This document shows, one piece after another, positions 1 through 9,054 of a stretch of 64,000 bases of DNA (positions within the stretch are counted from its first letter, which is position 1; every line of letters begins with the position of its first letter). Position numbers and translations under genes: made by a program. Location of the stretch: IMG/VR virus record IMGVR_UViG_3300028561_000005. One strand, given 5' to 3'. A model generated the notes under the pieces. It saw only the letters and a list, made by a program, of their open reading frames with translations, did no database searches and was not told where the DNA came from. The DNA is from an uncultured virus (IMG/VR IMGVR_UViG_3300028561_000005) (taxonomy: Duplodnaviria > Heunggongvirae > Uroviricota > Caudoviricetes).

Positions 1-15
1 TTCTTATTATATCCA

Positions 16-381
16 ATGCAACGAGCATTTCCATCGCCGATGGCTAAGAACGTTGTAGGAATAGAGATGTCTCTATCTAGAGACACCGCTCCATACTGCA
101 CACAGTTGGGGTTTGACCCTAACCCAATATTAAGTGAATTTGAATTAAGTGAGTTGGTGGACTTTGCTAGTAAGTTTGACCCAGTATCGTACGCAATGGA
201 CGTTACTAACGCTTACAGTACAAGTACACTCAAATGGCTCGCAAAATGCGAATTTAAAGATCGTACTCGCCAGAACCCCTCATATGATGCAGTTGTGAAC
301 AACAATTCTACGTCATTACCGCCAAAGCAAACGTCTAGACCAGACGCTAATCTACGCAACGAGTTATCTCAGTTACTATAA
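16..381 (+). CDS. hypothetical protein (probably 5'-truncated by window edge)
   Basis: ORF track; frame stays open back to base 1 and there is no RBS before ATG16. Confidence 0.55.
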   Translation: MQRAFPSPMAKNVVGIEMSLSRDTAPYCTQLGFDPNPILSEFELSELVDFASKFDPVSYAMDVTNAYSTSTLKWLAKCEFKDRTRQNPSYDAVVNNNSTSLPPKQTSRPDANLRNELSQLL

Positions 382-392
382 ACTTTTGAATA
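381..392 (+). promoter_or_regulatory. late-type promoter AACT-N6-TA
   Basis: AACT TTTGAA TA directly upstream of AAAGGAGG RBS. Confidence 0.65.
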
Positions 393-409
393 ATAAAGGA
401 GGTGTGCTT

Positions 410-781
410 ATGTTTCCACCGAAAGGATATGACCCTAAGTACCAGTTAGCATCAGAGGATGGCGACCACATCCTCACAGATTCATTCTGCAGATTCCTCA
501 CCGCTAAAGGATATGAGTTTAAAGTAATTACATTTCCTGAACTCAGGCCTAATATAGTATGTGAGACAGTACGTGCTCCACTCTTTGCTAAATACCGTAA
601 GGTAATTGAATTCCATAATGCAGATGGAAAACTCGTAGCGTTACTCCATAGATATGGTTTAACTGACTACGTAGAACGATTCACTAAAGGAAGACTCGAC
701 TTGACGCTTGACTTCCCTGACGCATTAGTAAAGATGAATGTCTTATTGGGATCGGAACCGTTCCCTACATATGGTGATTGA
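410..781 (+). CDS. hypothetical protein
   Basis: AAAGGAGG RBS before ATG410 (start revised from 386); followed by terminator. Confidence 0.8.
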   Translation: MFPPKGYDPKYQLASEDGDHILTDSFCRFLTAKGYEFKVITFPELRPNIVCETVRAPLFAKYRKVIEFHNADGKLVALLHRYGLTDYVERFTKGRLDLTLDFPDALVKMNVLLGSEPFPTYGD

Positions 782-789
782 CAAAAGTT

Positions 790-814
790 TGGGGTAGGCT
801 CAACGCCTACCCCA
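790..814. terminator. bidirectional intrinsic terminator
   Basis: TGGGGTAGGC-TCAAC-GCCTACCCCA between convergent genes. Confidence 0.8.
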
Positions 815-826
815 GTGTTTTGTGTT

Positions 827-2056
827 TTAGAGTTCAGGATATGCAATCTGAATTACTGAGTTAGAATAATCATATTTGAACTTGGCATTGTGTGCTAAGT
901 CAAATCTTAAATCTCTATACTTGTCAAGAAGTGTCATAAACTTCTTAGCCTCAGATGTAGAGAGTTCGACGTTCTCTAATACATCTTCAAGCACAGAGAT
1001 TCTCTGGTTAACCTGACGCAGTACGAATAATGCGTTGTTCTTATCTCCAAGAGATCTAGCCTGCATAACCAGTTCGTAGTAGTCTTCTTCATATGGAGCT
1101 ACACCTCTAAGAATAGCAGCTTTACGCTTGTTACTCTTACGGATTTCAGCTTCCTTGCTTTCTTCAATGTATTCCTGTTCAAGTAACAGATCAACAGATT
1201 CGTATACATTGATTACTGCTCCGTCGTCTGTAGAGTAACGTTTGAGTTTATCGATACATGTCTTGATATCAATCTTTTCAAACTTACTCTGAGTAACTCT
1301 CATGGCATCCATAAGAGAATGAACGGCAGTGTTTCTCTTGAACTTGATGTCCATCATAAGTTTGATAGACCAAGTAAGAGCTACGAGTTTGTTATTGGCA
1401 ACGTTGTTTGCCATGTTGATGCCATTCTTGGTGACCTTTTTGAATACCGACTGGAGTGAATCAAGATAACCACATTCGTATACAAAATGGTCAGCAAGTA
1501 CTTCCCCATCTTTGTATATACAGAACATGGAGCGTGTCTTTCTGATTGTATTGTTAAATCCATACTTGAGTATAGACATAGCAAGGCTTCTTTCCTTTTC
1601 GCCATCAGGGAGCTGAATAGATACATGGTTCTTAGCCGCATAGATATTTACAACGTCACACATCTCTTCGTAGAGTGTTGTGTCGTTTACTATGTGTCCT
1701 ACTTCATGTAATATCATAGCGAGCATTTCATCTGGTGTGATATCTATTCCAGAGAATATTCTTGAATCGATTTCTATTCTATAGGAATCGATACGATGCT
1801 TGTGTTCATCGTCATTCTCTAATACGGCACTGATAAACTGTGGCGTGAGTTCCGGATGAACGCACATACCAAAGAATAATCCGTCGTTTTCTGTGAATAC
1901 AACAGCCTGGCACTTTGAATCGGAAAAGAATCTATTCAATTCTTTACGCAGGTCGTTTAACTGTGATTCTTTAATTCTGCAATGTATGTCATATTCACTA
2001 ATCATATCATCGAAAATGTCTAAGAAACCACTAAAGTTATAATTGACTTTTCTCAT
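827..2056 (-). CDS. zincin-like metallopeptidase, probably head-associated
   Basis: ILHEVGH motif plus downstream EVLAD; AAGGAGG RBS; directly downstream of capsid gene. Confidence 0.65.
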   Translation of the reverse strand: MRKVNYNFSGFLDIFDDMISEYDIHCRIKESQLNDLRKELNRFFSDSKCQAVVFTENDGLFFGMCVHPELTPQFISAVLENDDEHKHRIDSYRIEIDSRIFSGIDITPDEMLAMILHEVGHIVNDTTLYEEMCDVVNIYAAKNHVSIQLPDGEKERSLAMSILKYGFNNTIRKTRSMFCIYKDGEVLADHFVYECGYLDSLQSVFKKVTKNGINMANNVANNKLVALTWSIKLMMDIKFKRNTAVHSLMDAMRVTQSKFEKIDIKTCIDKLKRYSTDDGAVINVYESVDLLLEQEYIEESKEAEIRKSNKRKAAILRGVAPYEEDYYELVMQARSLGDKNNALFVLRQVNQRISVLEDVLENVELSTSEAKKFMTLLDKYRDLRFDLAHNAKFKYDYSNSVIQIAYPEL

Positions 2057-2085
2057 GAGTAGTTTACCTCCTTAAGTGGAATATC

Positions 2086-2119
2086 AAAAAAGGCGTCTGT
2101 GCCCTAGAGCACAGACACC
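2086..2119 (-). terminator. terminator after major capsid gene
   Basis: GGCGTCTGTGC/GCACAGACACC stem with U6 tract on minus strand. Confidence 0.8.
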
Positions 2120-2168
2120 GTTTTATGTTAGGTTGTTATGTCAATGTATTGTCAGCTGTATCAGCAGA

Positions 2169-4112
2169 TTAATAATCAGCGTTATCAACAGCAAAGTCGT
2201 TAAGACCCATGTTGTTGCCGATGAATGCTTCAAGGCCGCCCTGAGCAGCAACAGCGTCCATACCTGGCTTGAATGCAGCAGCATCTCTACCCATAACGTT
2301 AACGCACTGAATTCTTGCCTGAACTGGCTGGTATTCGAAGATGCCCCAACGGTCGAATGCTGTGATAGCAGGGAGATATACGTTTTCGCTTGAACGGAGT
2401 TCATTTGATACGTATGTCTGGTAGTCGTAGATTCTGTACATGAATCTTTCGCTGTTCTTTGGTGTAAGAAGAACGATAAGGTTGTTCTGATCTCTCATCT
2501 TGTCAGCTGAGATGAACTGGTATGTTCTGTTATCAGATGTCTGTACTGTCTTTACGAAGTCAAGCTGGAAAGGACCAACCTGTGATGGTGTTGACCATGT
2601 GTACTGTGTTGGTGTGAGCTTTCTGATAAGGTCTGATCTACCAACGATGTTAACGATAACGTTGCCGTCGTTCCAGATGTTGAGCATCTGTGTTACCCAT
2701 GTATCGAGGTCCGGTAAGAATGCCTTCTTAGCCCAATCAAGATGATCATCAACGAACTGGAATGCTGGTGTGAAGTCAAAGATGTGTGACATCTGAGCTC
2801 TCCAAGGCATCTTTCTGAATGAGTCATCAAGGAATTCCTTAGCTGTTGAGTCTCTGTATTCTTCGAGCATTGTAGCGAAGAAGCTCATGTGCTTTGTAAT
2901 CTGGTTTACGTTGTAAAGAACTGCAACGTCCTTCATTTCTTCAGGAGATACCTGAGCCTGGAGATGTGTAGCTTCAGGAATTCTCTCCATGTGAGTCTTA
3001 CGAACCCATTCGCCGTGAGGTGAAGGAAGTGTACCAGTTGATGAAGCCTGACGACAGCTGTAGATGAAGCCCTTAGCAGCTGTTGAGTTTGTCATAACTG
3101 AAAGGAGATCGTCACGGCAAACACCTGAGATAAGAACGTTTTCTGAAACGCTTCCGCCTGTAGCATCAGCAACAGCGATTGTGATTTCGTGGTTGAAACC
3201 TGTTCTGTTTGAGTCGCCGATGATTGGGTATGTGATGAGTCTTGTAGGAATGATAGCGTTTTCGCACTTAACGTATGCAGCTGTTCCTGTGTTTGTGAAT
3301 GTCTTAATAGCAGCTTCGATAGCAACCGGGTTGCAAGCTGTAACTGCAGTTTCCATAGCATCCCAGTCAACGTATTCAACTGATTCACCAGGGCCAACCA
3401 TTACGTCTGCTACGATACCTGAGATATGTGCATCTATGTCAAGGTGTTCCTGAATACCCTGTGGGTTTCTTGAAACGCCGTGAGCGTCAGCTGTGCATCC
3501 GAAGAGTGCATCAAGGAATCTTGTTGTCTTGTTTTCAGGGAAACGGCAGCCAACTCTTCTCATTGGACGAGCGTTCTTAACAGCCTTAGCGATCTTATAC
3601 TGCTCCTGGAACATGTCAAATTTCTCGCCTGTTGTTGGGTCAACGAGGAGTCTTACTTCTCTTTCAACCTGAACGTTTGGTGTGTTTGTTACGAGTCTTG
3701 GGATGATACCCTGCTGCCATACGCAGTTCATGAGAATATCCTTATGAAGCGGAGGTGTGAATGTCATTGTTGGGTTGAAGCCGTTGATAGCCATAGCTTC
3801 ACACATGCATTCTCTGTCGTTCTCATAGAAGAGAGCCATTTCTTCTTCAGCTTCGTTCATGAGTTCCGGATTACCACCGAGTTTTGGGTCAAACTTAGGG
3901 TCCTTCGGATCGTAAGCGTACTTCTTGTAGTATGCGAGAAGATCGTTCTGAACAGCACTTTCGCAAAGTGCCATCTGAGTATTAGATACAGGGTCGATCT
4001 GTGAGTTCTGCTTGATTGCTTTGAGTGTGTTTACCCAGTCCTTAGCAACTCCGTACATCTTGTCGCCAGTTGCTCTAACTTCTGGGCGTTTTGCTTCCTT
4101 ATAGATAGCCAT
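2169..4112 (-). CDS. major capsid protein (jumbo phage type)
   Basis: 647 aa; strongly biased codons; own promoter, strong RBS and terminator; N-terminal region ending MCE-A like a cleaved propeptide; HK97-like helix QAQVSPEEMKDVAVLYNVN. Confidence 0.75.
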   Translation of the reverse strand: MAIYKEAKRPEVRATGDKMYGVAKDWVNTLKAIKQNSQIDPVSNTQMALCESAVQNDLLAYYKKYAYDPKDPKFDPKLGGNPELMNEAEEEMALFYENDRECMCEAMAINGFNPTMTFTPPLHKDILMNCVWQQGIIPRLVTNTPNVQVEREVRLLVDPTTGEKFDMFQEQYKIAKAVKNARPMRRVGCRFPENKTTRFLDALFGCTADAHGVSRNPQGIQEHLDIDAHISGIVADVMVGPGESVEYVDWDAMETAVTACNPVAIEAAIKTFTNTGTAAYVKCENAIIPTRLITYPIIGDSNRTGFNHEITIAVADATGGSVSENVLISGVCRDDLLSVMTNSTAAKGFIYSCRQASSTGTLPSPHGEWVRKTHMERIPEATHLQAQVSPEEMKDVAVLYNVNQITKHMSFFATMLEEYRDSTAKEFLDDSFRKMPWRAQMSHIFDFTPAFQFVDDHLDWAKKAFLPDLDTWVTQMLNIWNDGNVIVNIVGRSDLIRKLTPTQYTWSTPSQVGPFQLDFVKTVQTSDNRTYQFISADKMRDQNNLIVLLTPKNSERFMYRIYDYQTYVSNELRSSENVYLPAITAFDRWGIFEYQPVQARIQCVNVMGRDAAAFKPGMDAVAAQGGLEAFIGNNMGLNDFAVDNADY

Positions 4113-4139
4113 AATAGAATTCCTCCTTTAGTAGTAAAA

Positions 4140-4250
4140 AATAATAGATTTTATAAAATATACTATTTTTAATAGTAGAATAGCTAGAAACCAGCTATTT
4201 ACTTAATATGTTTCTAGCTATTTCACCATTTTTATATAAAATCTATTATT
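4140..4250. repeat. long imperfect inverted repeat upstream of capsid gene
   Basis: AATAATAGATTTTATA 4140-4155 / TATAAAATCTATTATT 4235-4250 and AATAGCTAGAAAC 4179-4191 / GTTTCTAGCTATT 4210-4222. Confidence 0.85.
4200..4212 (-). promoter_or_regulatory. late-type promoter AACA-N7-TA for capsid gene
   Basis: minus strand AACA TATTAAG TA. Confidence 0.55.
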
Positions 4251-4260
4251 CTGTTGTCAA

Positions 4261-5166
4261 TTAAATCATTTCACCGGTCTTTTCAACCGTTTCTGAATCT
4301 CTCGATTCAATAGCATCAGCTATCTTGTCATCAAGGTCATCGTCTTCTTCGTCAGCATCGACATCATCCGGAATGATTTCTTCCAGAAGACGTGCTACTG
4401 CGTCGAACTGCGCAAGGCACTGTTTATATAAAATATCATTCTCGAAAAATGTTCGAGTATAATATGTCTCAGTAATATTGACATGAATCATGTCTTTGAG
4501 TTCTATAAGCTTACGAGCTGCAAGCTTGAGAACCTGGACATTAGAATCTGTCTTAGGTACGAGGTTGAGACGTTTGAGAGCTTTGTCTGTAGACTGATAA
4601 AGCTTAACGAAGTTTCCTTTAAGTTCTTTATGCTTAAAAGCTTTCTGTTCATCAGTAAGATCTCCGAAGAGTTCATCTTCAACAGCGTTCAGATCCGATA
4701 CTAAAGTTTCTCGGTCTTCAGCACCGCCGCCTACATCATCAAAGTTTTCATCGCCTTCTTCTCCTCCATCGTCGCCGGCATCAGCTTCATCACCGTTTTC
4801 GTCGGATCCTGCATCGCCAGTGTCCATGCCTGAGTCAGCTGTGTTGTCGCCACCTTCGGCTGGGTCTGCTTCATCATTTTCAGATGATGAGCTATCCGCT
4901 CCGTTGTTATCAGCACCGGTATCACCTCCGTTATGGTTTACGTCAACGTTTATATCGACTTCCTGAGGTGAAGGGTCAGAGTTATTAGCATCATTATCCG
5001 GTTCCGGATCTGGTGTAGCTTCACCATCGAGGTCGCCTTCATCAGGAGTGTAGTCTGCTCCACCTGCATCAACGTCATCGGTATCCTGAGTGTAATCTGC
5101 AGGATCATCATCGGCCTCGTTGATGGCATTGTATTTATAGCCGATTGCGTTAAGGTTGAATATCAT
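4261..5166 (-). CDS. acidic head protein (scaffold/core-like)
   Basis: very D/E-rich disordered N-half, INE-A motif, helical C-domain, directly upstream of capsid gene. Confidence 0.5.
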   Translation of the reverse strand: MIFNLNAIGYKYNAINEADDDPADYTQDTDDVDAGGADYTPDEGDLDGEATPDPEPDNDANNSDPSPQEVDINVDVNHNGGDTGADNNGADSSSSENDEADPAEGGDNTADSGMDTGDAGSDENGDEADAGDDGGEEGDENFDDVGGGAEDRETLVSDLNAVEDELFGDLTDEQKAFKHKELKGNFVKLYQSTDKALKRLNLVPKTDSNVQVLKLAARKLIELKDMIHVNITETYYTRTFFENDILYKQCLAQFDAVARLLEEIIPDDVDADEEDDDLDDKIADAIESRDSETVEKTGEMI

Positions 5167-5184
5167 AACAGATACACCTCCTTA

Positions 5185-5916
5185 TTAAAGTTTGAACTTT
5201 CTGAGTTTTACGCCGCGTTCGTCTTCAATCGCTTCAATCTCTTTGGTAATACCAGCACCATAGTATGTGGATGTGTCTTTACCGAAAGATTTTACTGTAA
5301 GGTCAAAACGTTTTCTTGCTGCCATAAGAGAGGTTTCAAGTTCACTCATCTGTTTATTGCAAGTTTCAACAAGCTTTTTGTTATCACCGCCAGCAGCTTC
5401 AGCTTTCTGTTTAAGCTGCATAAGAGCTGCATATGCTTCAACACCGACAAGATATCCGTCTTTATCCTCGCCGTCAGGTTTTACCTTTTCGGCTGTCTTA
5501 TTTGCGAGAACCACACTTGTAACAAATGATCCAATGACGTTTGCGTATATAACGATGAATCCAACAATTGCACCACCAAACGCTAAACCAGGTATTGCAG
5601 TTACCATATACACTATAACTGATGCAATACGTATGAGTTTGTTGATAGCTTTCATTTTATCGGCATTGGAAGTAGCCGTTTCGACAGCCGACTTTGCAGC
5701 TTTCGAAGCGTCCTCGATTGATTTCTTAACGTCTTCAGGTTTGCTGTTCTTTGTAATCTTGATATTATCAAGATCTGCAACGGCTGCTTCAAGCATAAGC
5801 ATGTCGTTTTCGTAAAGCATGACTAAATCATCATGAGAGAATGAATGCTCTCTCATTATAACAGAGCCTTCATTTATTGTGACAGGATTGTATCCTATCT
5901 GATTGAAATTATTCAT
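5185..5916 (-). CDS. internal head/ejection protein with hydrophobic hairpin
   Basis: INEG/LYEN/MLEA motifs, two hydrophobic helices, then coiled coil. Confidence 0.5.
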   Translation of the reverse strand: MNNFNQIGYNPVTINEGSVIMREHSFSHDDLVMLYENDMLMLEAAVADLDNIKITKNSKPEDVKKSIEDASKAAKSAVETATSNADKMKAINKLIRIASVIVYMVTAIPGLAFGGAIVGFIVIYANVIGSFVTSVVLANKTAEKVKPDGEDKDGYLVGVEAYAALMQLKQKAEAAGGDNKKLVETCNKQMSELETSLMAARKRFDLTVKSFGKDTSTYYGAGITKEIEAIEDERGVKLRKFKL

Positions 5917-5919
5917 AGA

Positions 5920-8900
5920 CTAGTCCTCCTTAATGTTTTTCATATCACGGTCTTTAAGTTTGTTATCAACCTCGGTTAAGCAATCCTGAAGCAACTTACG
6001 CTGGTTCTTCAGCTGACGTTGTTTTACAGGATCTGTCTCCTTAGCAATTTCCTTTGTTAACTCGTTAATAGCTTTTTCACAATCTGAACGAGTATTCTTG
6101 AATGCAACCTTGACTCTAGGGTCAAGAACGTTTACTGATGATTTAAGAACCTTTTTAAGTTTGCTAACAACAAATGTCTGTATACCTGTACTTAAATCTA
6201 AAGTCCATGCTAATACATCGACAATACGATTAAGTGTAAGTACTGGGTCAGATTCTTCATCTTCAATATACCGCTTAACAAGTTCAGGATTCTTTATCAT
6301 CTCATCCTTAGTGAGTTTCTTGTTAGCAATTTTCTTGTCAGACGCAATTGTATCCTTAGAGAACTCGTCTTTAGTTTTGTTTACAACGTAGTTTGCCGCA
6401 TCCTTTGTATCTTCTCCGGCTTTCTTAACTGACGCTATAGCATCGTTAGCAATGTCATCAAATGAAAACTCATCAGATTCGTTCATGCCGTGGAGTTTCT
6501 CCCCATTATTTATATCGGAACGTTTACTTTCGTTCATAGCCCGTTCTGTAAGAATTGTGTCAACGTCTACATACTCCATAGCTTCATCAGCAGCGTCAAG
6601 CTTTGGAAGTTTATCAGGCTTTGTATTGTGAACCATAGACATATTATAAACCAAGCGATTTCTCTGTCTCTGAAGTTCACGCTGAGTCTTCATTACATTA
6701 CGAATAGCTTCCATATCTCCTTTTTCTTCGAAATGCTTAAGATAACGGTTACACATATTCAGTTCGATATCAATATCGTCAATGATTATCTGACGTTCTT
6801 TCTTTCTCATCGACTTATTGATTCCGATATAACCTAACAGTCCGATTACAGAAACAGCAGGATTGATAGCCCATGTAGCACCAGTCATAATCGCTATCTT
6901 AATACATGCTGATGCTTTAGGAAGAATGGTTCCCTTGATTACCGCTTCACGGTTTTCCGATTCAAAGGTTCTGTGTATATTATCTCTGATAGTCTCAAGG
7001 GAAGCATCTACTCTCTTTGAGAGCATACGTTCACTATCAGTAAGTTTTACCATGTCTCTCTTAAGAGTATTCATGGCGTTTATAACCTTATTACGTGAAG
7101 ACAGTGCATTCTTCTTAAATGATTCCTGATATTTCTTTGTCTCTTTAGCAGCATTGATAGTTGCAGCATCTTCATTGAATGAATCTGAGCAGAAATCTAT
7201 CATGTCTGATACAACGTCTTTCTTATAACGAGTGTTTTCATAAAGCTCATATCCGTTTTTGAATACTATTCCGAAATCATGTGCTTCGTTTACGGTATCA
7301 ATAGCATGAGCCAGAGATGGCATAAGAGCATATTTCTTTTCTTTAGATAATATAGCCATGGTCGATTCCATAACTGAAGCAATTTTCTTTGTGTTGATTA
7401 CATCCGGACATAGTCTGCAGAATTCTGCAATTGTTTCAAAGTCTTCAGCTCGTTCAGACTTTTTGATCTTGCTGTTTACGATAGTAGTGAGGTCCGATTT
7501 CCAAACATAGTTCTCACATACATCACATATGCCAAGCATAAGTGTAACGGCTTCTTCAAAGTCGAAATCGAAGTCAAATTCGAAATCATCTTCACCGTCG
7601 TCATACAGCTTGGAAGTGTCTTCTTTTTCGTGACGTTCGTCGTTCTCCTTTTCGGTATGGAGTTTGCTAAGTTCATCGTCAAGGGTTCCGCGAGCCGTAA
7701 GAAGTTTGTCACGATACTTCTTTAAGGATTCCTTAACCTGGTCTGTATCAGCTTTCTTAATCTTCTTATTGACACGTACGATTTCTCTATCATACTTTTC
7801 AATAGCAATTTTAAGTCCCTTTCTTCCATACTTTGTCTTGAGACAATAGTCTGTTACAAGGGTTATAATGCCGAGTACAGGCTGAGCAAATGATGCCACG
7901 ATAATAAGACCTCTAAGTATACCGAATATATTGGTGAGATTGTCTATGACATCTCCTGGGTGTCCCGCATAGATTCTATACAGGATAGATTTGAATATAT
8001 TAGGGTCTTTTATAGGCTGAGCCTTGAACTTTCTGAACTCGGCATCCGGATCGATAGCTCGACCGCTCTCAACAAATACGTCCAATGCTTCACATACAGA
8101 TGAGATTTCGTGACCAGTATCTTCATCTTTCAGGAAAGCTACCATTTTCCGAGTATCTGATTCGGTAAATAATTTCGCTTCTTCAAGTATGTAAGCCATC
8201 TTTTCGAATACTTCTCCACTGAAGTCAATAGATTCAGTCATAAGGAAGTAATCCGTGATTGTGCGAATGAGAGATTCATTCGTAACGTTGACGTTATTCT
8301 TAGCCAGAGAATAGAATATATTCTCCAGAGCTGTGTTGTAACGAGCTTCGAATGGAGCATCGTATGTGTTGACGAATTCACAAAGTAATTCAATAGTATC
8401 TTCGAGGTCATCAGACTCTCTAACGATTTTATCGAAGTTGAATCTCTTGTTCAGATTCTCGTTGTTTATAAGAACACGGTCACACTGTTCGATTTTAAGA
8501 GCCGTTTCAAACAGTTTGTCGTAGCATTCTTCAACGAAGTCATCCGACACCTTTTTAAATCCGCCATATGGCTTAGCATGATAACCATGCTTAGACTCCC
8601 AGGCTTTAGCCGCTTCCTGGGTATTAGGGATATCCTTATTAGCCGTACGAGTGGCAGTCGTAATCTTCCTATTAGGAGATTTGAACTTACCCTTCTTCAT
8701 TGAAATATTAAGCTGAAATTCCTGAGCATTTCTAACCTTGTTAGAAACTTCTTCATTGATGAATGATGTGATGTACGCAATGTGTTCTTCACTATCTTCG
8801 TACGCAATAGCAGCTTCAAGTATATCAAGTACTCGACATGCCGCCTCTGTAGTATCTTCGTGAAGTTCTCTCCAGTACCGAAGCACCTGTGCTGCTTCAG

Positions 8901-9024
8901 TAAAGGAATATTCTTTATTGACTATCTTATCGTACAGACGGTAAATTCCGTCTGGTGCGTTAGTCGGTCTCATCTGTTCCAGCTCGTTCTTTCTATGGCT
9001 TATGTCATGTAACGTTATATTCAT
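5920..9024 (-). CDS. large internal head/ejection protein
   Basis: 1034 aa; many Phi-x-E-[AS] motifs; three hydrophobic-hairpin plus coiled-coil modules; late promoter. Confidence 0.5.
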   Translation of the reverse strand: MNITLHDISHRKNELEQMRPTNAPDGIYRLYDKIVNKEYSFTEAAQVLRYWRELHEDTTEAACRVLDILEAAIAYEDSEEHIAYITSFINEEVSNKVRNAQEFQLNISMKKGKFKSPNRKITTATRTANKDIPNTQEAAKAWESKHGYHAKPYGGFKKVSDDFVEECYDKLFETALKIEQCDRVLINNENLNKRFNFDKIVRESDDLEDTIELLCEFVNTYDAPFEARYNTALENIFYSLAKNNVNVTNESLIRTITDYFLMTESIDFSGEVFEKMAYILEEAKLFTESDTRKMVAFLKDEDTGHEISSVCEALDVFVESGRAIDPDAEFRKFKAQPIKDPNIFKSILYRIYAGHPGDVIDNLTNIFGILRGLIIVASFAQPVLGIITLVTDYCLKTKYGRKGLKIAIEKYDREIVRVNKKIKKADTDQVKESLKKYRDKLLTARGTLDDELSKLHTEKENDERHEKEDTSKLYDDGEDDFEFDFDFDFEEAVTLMLGICDVCENYVWKSDLTTIVNSKIKKSERAEDFETIAEFCRLCPDVINTKKIASVMESTMAILSKEKKYALMPSLAHAIDTVNEAHDFGIVFKNGYELYENTRYKKDVVSDMIDFCSDSFNEDAATINAAKETKKYQESFKKNALSSRNKVINAMNTLKRDMVKLTDSERMLSKRVDASLETIRDNIHRTFESENREAVIKGTILPKASACIKIAIMTGATWAINPAVSVIGLLGYIGINKSMRKKERQIIIDDIDIELNMCNRYLKHFEEKGDMEAIRNVMKTQRELQRQRNRLVYNMSMVHNTKPDKLPKLDAADEAMEYVDVDTILTERAMNESKRSDINNGEKLHGMNESDEFSFDDIANDAIASVKKAGEDTKDAANYVVNKTKDEFSKDTIASDKKIANKKLTKDEMIKNPELVKRYIEDEESDPVLTLNRIVDVLAWTLDLSTGIQTFVVSKLKKVLKSSVNVLDPRVKVAFKNTRSDCEKAINELTKEIAKETDPVKQRQLKNQRKLLQDCLTEVDNKLKDRDMKNIKED

Positions 9025-9042
9025 TATGCCACACCTCCCAGT

Positions 9043-9054
9043 TATATAAAAGTT
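9043..9054 (-). promoter_or_regulatory. late-type promoter AACT-N6-TA
   Basis: minus strand AACT TTTATA TA before GGGAGGT RBS. Confidence 0.65.

Noticed and set aside
4700..5120. Low-complexity TCA/TCG-rich stretch as a DNA repeat
   Set aside because: Explained by Asp/Glu-rich coding on the minus strand
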